Positions 24,151 through 37,085 of a stretch of DNA of 64,000 nucleotides are shown piece after piece. Made by a program: the position numbers and the translations under genes. The notes beneath the pieces were generated by a model. The model was not told the DNA's origin and made no database searches. It saw nothing but the letters and a program-made list of their open reading frames with translations. This stretch comes from Octopus sinensis (lineage: Eukaryota): positions 201,066,001 to 201,130,000 of the forward strand of contig NC_042998.1 in NCBI RefSeq assembly GCF_006345805.1. The letters are read 5' to 3'. The first letter of the stretch is position 1. Each line of letters opens with the position of its first letter.

Positions 24151-26556
24151 CAAAGTCAGTGACGATACCGGTATGGCTTTAATTCTCTATAATGATTCAT
24201 AAAAATTATTTTTATGCGTCATAAGTCCACCACAGATCATCTAATTGTATGTATATATCTTTGCTTTTCTTTAAAAATCCTTTATTCTTTATATCTGATG
24301 TGCATTTTCTTGGTTCCCTTTTTACTTTTCCTCTATTTATACCACGTGTAGTCTCTTTACCACCTTAGAGGGAGGAAAAGTAATTACATAGAAATAGTTT
24401 CATATTTATAAATATTATATACTTAAATATTAACTTAATAGATGTTATCTATGGAGGTTGATCAAATGCCAATTGATCGATCTCCATAGATACCATCTAC
24501 CAGTGGATTAACACTAATAACTTTAAAAACCTATAATATACCTTTTAGTTTATAATTAGTAAAAACAATTAGCATGTCCTATAACATCATTATTACTTTA
24601 GCTAATACCAGGTAACAGCATTTATTGATACCAGCTAAATAAGTACATAAATAATTTTTAATTTATATTACTTAAATCATTATACATTATCTATAAATCT
24701 ACTCGATTGATGTTAATAAGGTATGTATACTTTATCATGATTTTAGTGATTAAGCTATTTTATTCTTTCTCTATGGTGTTCTACCGTAACCTGATCATTT
24801 TATTATTTTATAATAACCTTTTGATAAATCTAATTTTTGTATTCCTCTAAATTCATAATTATAAAATTCATATTTATAAATTCATACTTATAAAACAATC
24901 CAGGTATCTTCACAACGTAAAATAAACTAATTAGATTATAATTTAATTAATATAGAGTTAACATGTTCTTTCGCTTCAGCACTCCCGTGTTAAATACCAG
25001 TAAAATCTAATTAATCAATATCCATAGATACCATCGAATAAGTTAAAAACTAAGTATATAATATGTATAAATATAAACTATATTCTTAATAATCATGTGA
25101 AAATCCTTAAATTTCAGCTTTATACAATATGGCAATATAGTTTCAAATATTTAACTATAGTACCCCCTGATAAGATTTGCCCCTGTAGCATTATCAATGG
25201 TGAAGTAATGGCCTGCCCCATTAAATGTCCGATTTAAGATTTCCTTCACAAAATATTTATAGTGTTTCATATTAATTTTGATAATTTTAGGACCGTACCC
25301 ACTATGATTTCTGTCGACTCCCTCAACCCCCTCCCTTACATCCACTGCTCTTTATTGTTTGGCCATAGATTTTGATTTACAAATATTTGATAAACAAGTC
25401 TATAAATTAAAACGGTCCGCAAAAAAACAGTGACAAGCTGAATTTCTAACATGCCTTTCTTCCCGATACTTTAGTAGCTTCTAAGCAAAAGTGAAGACAG
25501 CATGTTCTGTTTTAATTTAATGTAATTCTGTCTCTATGCGGCTTATGTTGCTCTGCATATGAACTGGTGTAATGATTGCATTGTTCAATTAAATGGAGTT
25601 GCTTGAAACGATCGTACTGCATTAACTGGATATCATTGTTCCTTATTTTCATTTCATTCACCTTATTTTGAAATTGTATGGATAGTACCGTACTAAACTC
25701 TGAACTTAAGTACCCAATTCATCTGAGTTGAAATTTTTACTTTTATATATATATATATACATATATTTGCAATTTAAATATGGCTAATATCTAAGGGTGG
25801 ATGCTACTACTGTAGTTTGTAGCTCCAGGAGGACACCTCCTCCAGCTGACTATTCTGTGCCCAATCAGTATTTGCAAAGGGAAGTCATCCTTCCCGTCTT
25901 CAACTTATGATACACACGTACTTGAGTTTCTTGGTAATGACCCGTCATCGGCGTGTGACAATCACAGTTGTCGATGAGAAATATATATATATATATATTA
26001 AACAAAATACGATAAAAATGTCAGGGATGTGCGTAGTTGTCAGTACATTTATAAGGAAAAAGATATAGATATACTCTTACAGATCTTTCTGGGATATATT
26101 ATGGATATCCTTTCATAAGAAAAAATATGTGTGATTGTTTAAATGGGTATGTAGGGTATCATTGGACTTCAAAAGTCTGTCCATACTCTATCATCAGTCA
26201 ACTTAGATTATTTGATTAGGAAGATTTACAAACTCACTTTCTCAGTGAAACTCAATATACCCACCATTATAAACAATACAAAATGTACATTTTCGTTTTT
26301 TTTCATAATGTGATGGAATTCTTTGATATAGCAATCGCATGCGGCTGAAGAGAGATTTAAACCATCTGTTATGTCGATTATACATTGATGTAAGAATAGG
26401 TTGTTATATAAAGCTTGAGGCACGTGTACCGCGACATCCTTTGTGTTCTGTTCTTTATTTCATTTGTTACATATATCCTCTCACCTCTGCTACTAGCTGG
26501 CATATACAGGTGCTTACACTTATCAAGTATTCACCCTGGATGTATTGTATGTATTG

Positions 26557-26625
<69 letters not shown>

Positions 26626-26626
<1 letters not shown>

Positions 26627-26870
26627 AATTAGAAAAGAACCACCGTTTAGCAATTCAACAATGAAATAACAATGATATAATCAAATTATACCATATTGAA
26701 AAAAAATTAAATATTCGATAAAACATATACCGATAATTTGGTAAAATACAAAATAATAAAGTAAAAGAATATAATTGGGTATTAGACAACACATGTTTCG
26801 TGGCTATTTTTTCTAACTGATAGCGTTAATAAATTCAATTTAAATATAGTTGCTCTTAACGTCTAAGATA
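26626..26870 (-). mobile_element. PLE pLTR-like fragment with a decayed hammerhead
   Basis: Next to (TA)n. TTAGAC/GTCTAA stem I and GAAAC-atgt-GTT are retained, but the core is mutated (see findings). Confidence 0.45.
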
Positions 26871-27240
26871 AAAAACAATAACATAATTAAATAAATATAT
26901 ATACATATATAATCTTGTAAGAAAATATAAATATATATAAACGTACGTAATTGTACAATAAAATTCGAATAAAATTAAATAATATATCATAAATTACAAA
27001 CACGAAATATCTTAACAAATATATTCTGTTATCTAAATCGTTAAACCTGATACATAAGACTTATTATTTATAAAATTTATTTCGTTAAAAACGTGGTTTA
27101 AATAAAACTAGAATAAATAGATATAAATATTTATTATACCTATAAAAATAATTTTAAAGTTATATAAGAAAGAATAACAAAGTATAATATATCATTACTA
27201 GAAAATTCAAATACAAGTAATTAAAAGAAATCATTTTAAA

Positions 27241-27281
<41 letters not shown>

Positions 27282-27689
27282 AAGTATACATTAAGTGAAA
27301 CTAAAATACTATAATTTAATCTATATATATTTATTAAGTTAAATTATTTATTTATGTAATATACATCTAAGTTAAATCTTATTCTAATTTAATAATATAT
27401 ACTAAAAAAAACTTCATGCTAACTTATATGCATAATGCTACTACAAACTATGACTACAATATATACTGCGAAGATGATATATTATGGAGATGTACTTGCA
27501 TAGCAAGTGATTTCATCTGAGTCCGTATGCTGTAACTAAAACTATTGAAGCTGTTGCTTAGCAGTTTGGGACCAAATTGTGACTGGGAACGAGAAACAGG
27601 TTTTTTATATAATGTCATGCGCCGAGGACAGTTGGTAACGAACAGAGAAACACCGGAACACCAGGCCCCCACGTAAGTTTTTCTTTGTT

Positions 27690-28320
27690 TGGTCGCATGT
27701 GAAAATATTATTTCCTTGTGAACTTTTAAACCGAAATCAAACAATAACAAAAGAAAGTTGTAAATCTAGTCGAGTTCATGGTTCCTCTTGAAGATAACAT
27801 GGACGCCACTCGGTCTCGAAAGATTGATCGTTATGTAAACCTCCTTGAAGAATGTGAAGATGCAGGTTGGAAAGCGGAGTATTTTCCAATCGAAGTCGGA
27901 TGTAGAGGTTTTGTTGGACACAGTGTTAGACACCTGTTGTTATCTTTAGGCCTAACTAATCGTAAAGTCAATACCACCATGACCGATATCCACACTACAG
28001 CGGAGATGGCTAGCCACTGGATTTGGTTAAAAAAGGGACGATGAGCGATGGCTTGAGAAATATTGATCTATATTTAATAACCAGTTGATCTAGCAAGTGG
28101 GACCTAATATCATGACGTGGGCTGGTGTGAATTGATGCCATCGCGAGGTAGGCCACGAAACGGGGCGCATTCTCTCCTGATGAACCATACATTTTCTGGC
28201 TTCCGTTATGCCTAGTTCTCGACTGGTAGCACTTGCATGTGCAAGTTGTTTGCAAGACATCTTGTGTGTTAGTAATGCAGTTTTTGGGACGCTGCACACG
28301 ACTAACTCTCTCCCTTCCAA
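27690..28320 (+). mobile_element. HERO-clade non-LTR retrotransposon 3' end (RLE domain plus 3' UTR)
   Basis: KVVNLVEFMVPLEDNMDATRSRKIDRY...EECEDAGWKAEYFPIEVGCRGFVG...AEMASHWIWLKK* matches the recalled HERO-type ELTVPWE...YA.L..EC...GW......VEVGCRGF...ASFWLW motif. Confidence 0.75.
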
Positions 28321-29413
28321 AATATTTGTCTTGTGCCTAAACCAGAGAGAACAATTTTAGGAAACGGAGGGGGATAAAATTACAGGAGAGAAGAGGAAAG
28401 AACAGGGGATGAAAGACACGAAGCGAGAAAGTAATATGAAGTAAAGCGCACAAACGTGTGCGAAAAAAGTTGTGGTAAACAACAGAGATGAAAATCTGGG
28501 AAATAAAAAGTTATTGAAGGAAGACTTGGGAGAAATTAATGGAAGAAAAGCGTAAGACATTAGAAAGAGATAGATAAAAAAAATAAGCAAATAACAGCAA
28601 AAGGTACGGGGGAAAATGGGAAATAGAATGGGGTAAGAGAGGGAAATAGAAAGAAAGCAGAGAAGAAAATAAAAGTAACATATACGAAAAAATGTGCAGC
28701 ACAATATAACAAGTGCAATTTCACAAAAGGAAACAGAATATAGGTGTGTGAAAATAATACATTATGATGTTTCAATTAGTTAAAACACATGTTTATCAAT
28801 AGAGGTTGGTAAATGTATGTGCGTGTAGGAAAATGAAGTAAATATCTCAAACGCAGAGAGAATAGAAATATATACAGATACACCAGAACAAAATGAAAAC
28901 AGGAAGAAATTGGGCAGTATAGTCATTTCAAAATTGAAGCACACACACACACATCACTCTTTTTATTCTGCTGTTAATTAATTAGTGTTTTTTTTTTCTC
29001 TTTCGATTTCTTTCTCTTCTTTCTTATGAAACCTTTCTCTCTCTTCCCACTTATCTCTGTTCCTGTTTTCTTCGCTTATGTTTCCCGTCTTCTTTTTTTC
29101 CCATCAGTTCCATCATTTTGCTCATTCTTCTCCATTTGTCTAGGTTACTCCTTCCAGTTTTTATTCACTGATACCTTCTTCTATTTCATCCCTTTTCAAC
29201 TCCTTTTCCCCTGTCCCATCGTCATTCTTTTGTTCAGTCACCGCGTCTGACATATTCACACAGAAATCAGTTTCTTTCATACTCTTTATTCTTCTTTTGT
29301 TTCTCATTTTGTTTCCGTTCAAGTCCTGTCCCTCCCATTATTATTTCTAACTTAAGCTCAAACAAGACCACACGTTTTCCCAAAGGGTGTTAACTGATTC
29401 AATCGACTGCAGT

Positions 29414-29682
29414 TTTGATTTGTACTGTACTTTATTGACGAAGATCGGCTTTGATTTGTACTGTACTTTATTGACGAAGATCGGCTTTGATTTGTACTGT
29501 ACTTTATTGACGAAGATCGGCTTTGATTTGTACTGTACTTTATTGACGGAGATCGGCTTTGATTTGTACTGTACTTTATTGACGAAGATCGGTTTTGATT
29601 TGTACTGTATTTTATTGACGAAGATCGCCTTTGATTTGTACTGTACTTTATTGACGAAGATCGGCTTTGATTTGCACTGTAT
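29414..29682. repeat. 36-bp minisatellite, ~7.5 copies
   Basis: Unit TTGATTTGTACTGTACTTTATTGACGAAGATCGGCT. It adjoins a degenerate minus-strand SINE family B fragment at ~29690-29790. Confidence 0.9.
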
Positions 29683-32600
29683 TTTATAAAAACCCACGGT
29701 CGGACGGGATTTGAACTCAAAACGTAATGAGCCAGAAGAAATATTCCAAAGTTTTTTAAACGACGCTTTAATAATTCCGCCAAAATACCGCTATTAAACA
29801 AATAGCTGTTTCATAGATCGAAGCTAGGTGAATACAACAGATGATTAGATTGACTATAGCACTTGCTTTAATCATAAAAATGAAAACGAATTTGCATTAA
29901 GTGTGATTTGAACTCATTCACAACATACATTGTCTAAACATTAATAACAAAATGTCTTTTCACCGACGTTCTTCACTTCTAACAGTATTTTATTTCCTAA
30001 TAATGATATATACATAGTTATTACATAATAGCTTTTCTTGAAGAATTGAAAGTTGTCACATCTAAGCGAGATTCTTAGTAACCTGACAAATGAAATATAC
30101 CAACTCTGTTTTTAACATTCAGTTTTCTCCTCCAGAAATGTATCATGGCATATGCACACTCACACTCACTTAACTACATATAATAATAATATATATATAT
30201 ACATTCTCATACATGTGCACACATTCTAACACACATACACATACTTTCACCTGTTGAACTAAGTGCAATTTTATTGGCGAGAATTTTTCTATCTGTTCAT
30301 CTGTATGCTTGCTTTGATTGGTGTCAAATAAACACCCTTTCGGATATTCAATCATCTCACTTTAAATACAACGCAGTTTTCGACCCGTGCCAATTTAAGC
30401 ATTACATATTCACGGTCCCATCGAGCATAGTGTGTACATTATTACCAAGAGAAGTCTTGATGAAACGCTTACAGCTGCTATTATCTTTGTTTACACGTTT
30501 CCGCTAGATATCTTATTACACTCTGTTGATGTTACTTTCATTATTCGTGCACATATTGTTTTACTCTAGAAAAATACAATCACTTAAATGTATGTACAAT
30601 ACTCAGGCATCCATTAACTTTGCAATAACAGAAGGTACAAAACGCATGAATGTTCTAAATCATGAATAACATTTAATTACACACATTTGATAGGAGAGTT
30701 GACTGAACAATCACCGTAGTTACAAATATATACATTTCTTTAACCTTATTGAACACAGCAGGAACCATTGCTACATATGTAGTTCAATAAATGGCTAGCT
30801 GATGTTTCATGCAGAATACTCAGACTACCGATGTATCTCAAAATATTTTTTCTACCAAGTATGTATAACAGTGAAGAACTCCACTTACAATACATGTCAG
30901 TAGAGGAGCATTTATAAGGTAGCCTGAAATACAATATATACGAACCACACAACAAATCATGCGACGGAGAACAAGAAGAACACAGTAAAGCATGGAGCCT
31001 CCCATAGGCTAGTTATTCGAATAAAATAACAGCACTTCGGAAAGTAACTCATAAAACACAGTTGTGGGAACTCAGGTCATTTCTGGCTCAGATACGATTT
31101 ATTTGCAGCTACAAAAGGAATAACAACAAAGGAATTGTGAACAAACAAAACATATATTTCTATAATAGCTAATAACACTTTGTTACAATGCCCAATAAAT
31201 AGAAAGGCTCCACATAGTTTATCTGTGTGCTAGAAATAACACCTAGATTTCCTTCAATTTGTGCACATCTAACATGAAAAGTGAAACACTAATTCGGGTA
31301 GTGGAGCTATTGATTTCATGTTTGCATAAAGAAGAAAATCATAGTTTGAATGGATTTAATCATAGGACGCCTCATTAGGCGTGAACAAGGTTTGAACAAT
31401 AAGGATAGCAATCAATTCAAATCTACATGTAGGTAACCACAAGCAATAAATTGACAATTATAAAGATTGTTATGTTTTAATTTGATTAACTTTCGTCATA
31501 GCATGTAAGAGTGTGTATAGATCGATTATTGGTTTGGCTATATGACCATTGCTTTGCAATTATAGAGAGAGGACAGCCCGTCTCATACACTCAAGATGAA
31601 TACTGAAAACAAACACACAAAAATATCTGTTGTGCCAGTAGCAACTTTCATCCCAGGTTATATACTGATATATGTAAGTGTAGAGCAAAAGTAACAGCTC
31701 TGCCTTGAGCTGGGTATAATTTGTGCTCATCCCTATATATTTCTAATAGATTCTAAGCTCATACAGGAATAAACGAAGGCCAGAGCCCAGTCTCTGACAA
31801 ACTACCAACATTTTAAAGATTTGTTACTCGATCGAGGAGGAACATTAAACTCTCCATAAACATATCTACCCTGAAATATATTCTAAAGTACTTTACAACA
31901 ACTTACGCAGCATAGCATACTTAATATATCTCAGATTTTGCATAATAGAAGAAACTTAGGAACAGACTTACTCAAATAACCGCAATGTACAACATTCTCA
32001 GAATATGCGTATTTTCACTCCCAGAAATCGAACGTGCAACACATTAAAAACCTTCCATTTTCTGTAGGTTTTGATGCGCAATCTGTCAAATATCCGCAAT
32101 AATTCACCCCGCTTATGTATTGATCACTACATAGAATATGATATATGGTTATATCGCTTCCTCCACAAAAATACCTCTCCATTGTACATAGCATTGCATT
32201 TGCAATAACTACAAAGCAAAATATTGCCAAAAGAACATATTAAGATATATAATATTACAAGCGGAACTACAAAAACACGGTTAATATGCACGTACATAAA
32301 TACGTGATACATATATTCACATACATAGAAGAGCTGATATAACAGAGCAAAAACACGCAGCAGATATAAAACACACTTGATTCAGCACAATCCGTGAAAC
32401 CATTGCTTGGACGCAATACGCAGAATGCAGCTATTATTATATTTTGGACGGCATACACATCTACGAAAATACAATATTCACGCGGCTTTTAATATATTTC
32501 AAATAGAAATCACACATGCTGCAATACAAACACATACATACGCACACGAGCGCAAACATGAGCTACAATATAAGACATATATTTAGCGATACACTTCACG

Positions 32601-34690
32601 TCATTCAATTTGTGACATACAAGACACTCAACGGGCATATTGAACATATCGACATTTGCAACAAGAAACCATACCAGAAGTAAAGCAACCACTAAATATA
32701 ATGCGATGCATTATAGAATCATCGTCGCGCACAAACCATGATTATTATAACCGGACATAAATGTCTGTTCCATAAAGCATGGTTTAAGAATTTTAATAAT
32801 CATCTCTTCAACCACTCGGTCCTGGAGAACTCTAAATAGACGAGAAAGTCTTAGTTGAATGTATTTGATTGAAGTTTGCTTGGATCTACGTAGACAATAA
32901 AATGCTTGCACCATGCTTAATTTACCTCACCAATGTACTAGAAATAGGAGCCGGGACGTCATCAAATTATACGTTCCCACTTTACAAAAGGAAGCTCAAT
33001 CTAACCAAAAGGTCAATATGCTGATTGACGGTGTGAATGCGTGCACATGTTTGTGCATAAGAGAAAGAAAGAAATGAAATGGGTGGAGAAGTGGAAAAAA
33101 TTAATGCATTATATTTAACGGATTAAACTTATAAAACAATTCATTTTCCTTCTATCTGAATTATGCATAGACATTAGAATTCAAAGTGTGTGCATCCAAA
33201 TTGCCAAAAAGGATATGTATATATTAAAATAATTTTCGATATTAATGCAAATCCTTAAATGTTAATAATTACGATACCAAATGCATATAAAATCAAATAT
33301 TGTTGCGATGGATATTATTTCGAATAGAAATATCATTGCTATAAGGCATTTAGGAAAAGCAACGGTATTCGAATACGAAACGCTGAAATGAAGAGTGTAT
33401 TAAATATAACACAATATACATACGCTCACACAACTGCTAAATCAATTCAGCCAAGACTGAAGGTATATAACAAAGGGAAGTGAACAATCATCGTTCAATA
33501 AACATATATTAGAGGTATTATGTTAGTTGTACATGCATTAGAAAAAGATATATTACTGACAATAATGCAAAACGGCAAAATGCATCTAATGATTTACTGG
33601 TGAACATCTTAATATGAATGATATTAGTCATTTTGAATAACAATTTGGGATACAAGGGGGCAACACATCTCTTTGGAGATAAAAACTGGGGTTGAGAAAT
33701 AAACAGAAATATTGTGCATTAAAAAATAAAAATAAATAATACACTATGAAACCTGAAACGAAAGATGCTATGCTCTTTAATTTTTATTATTCGCCAATAA
33801 AACAAATGCATATCAGTGTCTATTCGAAGACGCAAATTCCACGTTTGGATCCCACTTTTGAATCACTGCTATTTTCCAACCTTCCGGCCCTGAGAGAGTA
33901 TGATACAATTCGATGGAGCTGAATAATTATGAGAGCTCCGAGAATCTTATGACATGTGCTGCAGGTCTCCCTTTCTAACCAATCAAATGATGTGGTGTAA
34001 AAATAAAACAACCACTATGAAGCAACGGACGACTAAGTTTGTAATCATGACATGCACAAGATACTTTCCCAGGAAGTTATTAACCAGGTGTCGCTGGTCT
34101 CCCCGCTGGCATCAGAAAGGATGTAATAATATCCTTAACGCAATTACGTATCAATTAATAAAATAATTGTGATCTCGCAAAGGTCTTGCTTCATTTATTC
34201 TGCCGAATTTAGTGTGTAAATTAGCGAACAAACCAAATTTATACATCATTAAACCGCTATTAACCTAAAATCACTCAACGAAAAATTAACATGGTTAGAA
34301 TGTTTAATGCGTTCTAAATATTTTTCTCTGGGTTCGATCGAGCAGCAGATCACAGAAAAATTGAAAGACATCTTTTGAATTGACTAGAAATTTATGTTCA
34401 TAAAACAGTTGAAGGTGAATGAGGGCTTGTGTCTTTTGTAGTTTATCGTTATATATATAGATAGATAATTGAGTAGTTGAATGAATTATCTTAGTATGGA
34501 TAATTCGGTTAACCGATACCTGGGTAGCAAATTCATGTCAGAAAAACACGGTTGAAGCTACATGACTAGGGCAGAGATCATGTGCTTTCGTATGGAAATC
34601 TGTGTTCTTTTAAAAATACAAATAAGTGAAAGAATGGAGTAGAAAATAAAGGAATTTTGTTAATTCTTCGTTCAACTCCATTCTTTCATT

Positions 34691-34730
<40 letters not shown>

Positions 34731-35018
34731 GTATGAATGAATGAGTTTGCCTGTTAAAAGTATTTACTAAAATGTGCTTGTAAAATAAATGGTAGGTAGG
34801 TGTGATATTATAAGCGTACATATCTACCACATAAGTAAGTTTTCTAAATAATATATACAAATCGGCAACAGAACTCGAAAAATAAGCAAAAATCAAAGCA
34901 TCATGTACAATCTCAGAATATTTTTCAATGAATAAATATTACAGAAGTTCAATAAATAGACCACTCACGCATGCAAACAGCTATGCTTAGACGATGATAA
35001 ATGTTTAGCTGCATCTTA

Positions 35019-35432
35019 GGCGCAGGAGCGGCTGTGTAGTAAGTAGCTTGCCTACCAACCACATGGTTCCGTGTTCAGTCCCACTGCGTGGCATCTTGGG
35101 CAAGTGTCTACTGCTATAGCCCCAGGCCGACCAATGCCTTGTGAGTGGATTTGGTAGACGGAAACTGAAAGAAGCCTGTCGTATATATGTATATGTATAT
35201 ATGTATGTGTGTGTGTATATGTTTGTGTGTCTGTGTTTGTCCCTCTAGCATTGCTTGACAACCGATGCTGGTGTGTTTACGTCCCTGTCACTTAGTGGTT
35301 CGGCAAAAGAGACCGATAGAATAAGTACTGGGCTTGCAAAGATTAAGTCCTGGGGTCGATTTGCTCGACTAAAGGAGGTGCTCCAGCATGGCCGCAGTCA
35401 AATGACTGAAACAAGTAAGAGAGTAAAAGAGT
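35019..35432 (+). mobile_element. tRNA-derived SINE family A
   Basis: GGCGCAGGAGCGGCTGTGTAGTAAG head, GTTCAGTCCC B box, internal (TA/TG)n, tail ...GACTGAAACAAGTAAGAGAG. Confidence 0.9.
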
Positions 35433-36686
35433 ATCTTATAATATGCAAAATGCTAAACTCAAAATATATTTAGAAATTTAATGTCACTCGAATGCTCAGG
35501 TTCATGGGACTGATCCAACAAGACTATGTTCACAGTTAGGCAGGCACAGGTATATGCAAACCCGTGAGAAAGTATAGATGGCTGTTTGCATGCGTGTGTT
35601 GTATTTTTATTGAACTCGAGCCTAATATTGTACTGTTATAAAACATAGTAATATAGATTAACTTCTTTCTACATAAAAGTGATTGCATATATGTTCCAAG
35701 TTATAGTCAACAGTTTTACAATTCACTGAAAGAAAGTTTGTGTTGGAGAAGATATTTCAAAGTAGATGGTCAGCTGTTACCAAAAAAATTTATAATGTTT
35801 AATAAAAAATTGCATACCAATTTATTCACTATCGCTATTCTTGGTCAATTCTTTCTATGTGTTCATGGATGCAAATATAAAAGCTTGATTCTATCTTTCT
35901 CTCTCTCTCTCTCTCTCGCTGAATATATATATATATATGTATTAATGACAGGTTTTCTTGGAATGAATATTCTATCGAAGAAAATATATTTTCTAAATAT
36001 AAACGTATAAATAAGTTCCGAGTCAGAATAATCTTTCTTTAAATGCAGCAGATGGAAAAGAAGCAAAAACTTGCTTTTAAGAATATTATGAATTTTAATG
36101 TCGAACTCTTGCACTTATTCCTCTATGTCACTCATTCTGATGGAATGTTGCTTTTCTATGAGTATATTACTTTTTCTTTTCTTTTTATTACTTCATAGGA
36201 GCAATTACTTTTGTAAAGCATTCTTATTGAATGTTACATTAGTGTATCAACTATTAAAATTAAAGATGACGCTAGGCAATACTAATATTTTTTTTATTTA
36301 TTTGTAACTTCACATTTAGGCTTAGTTAACACAACCCGTTAACTTTGAAGTGTTTGTGATGATTTCATTACGAAATTACCGTAGCAATTTTCTGTTGGTT
36401 AGCGTAATTTAGAAAGTAGCCATGGCATACGTATGTCGATGACTTTGCACCGAAAACATAAGGATAGACGAAACGCCGCTAAGCCTTTTACTCGGCATGC
36501 TAAAGGTTTTGTTATATCACTGCCTTCAATACTATAAATAATATTTCTGTTCTAAGGTCAGTGGATGTAACTTTTTAAAAAACTTTTCCGAAAGACTTCA
36601 TTCTGATCCAATTCGTTTAACAAAATATATGAAATTTAAGCATTCATTGATTAAAGTTCGTTAAATGAATTGGGAGAGACAGAATA

Positions 36687-37085
36687 GGCGCAGGAGTGGC
36701 TGTGTACTAAGCAGCTTGCTTACCAACCACATGGCTCCGGGTTCAGTCACACTGCATGGCACCTTGGGCAAGTGTCTTCTACTATAGCCTCGGGCCGACC
36801 AAAGCCTAGTGAGTGGATTTGGTAGACGGAAACTGAAAGAAGCTCGTCGTATATATTTATATACATATGTATGTGTGTGTATATGTTTGTGTGTCTGTGT
36901 TTGTCCCCCCAACATCGCTTGACAACCGCTGGTTGTCCCCGTAACGGTTCGGCAGAAAGGACTGATAAAAATAAGAACTAGGCTTCCAGAGAATAAGTCC
37001 TGGGGGCGATTTGCTCGACTATAGGCGGTGCTCCAGCATGGCCGCAGTCAAATGACTGAAACAAGTAAAAAAGTAAAGTAAAAAA
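36687..37085 (+). mobile_element. SINE family A
   Basis: Same head, body and tail as 35019. Confidence 0.9.

Noticed and set aside
33810-33930. LFSNLPALREY LRR-like peptide on the plus strand
   Set aside because: Short, closed by a stop, and without supporting splice context.
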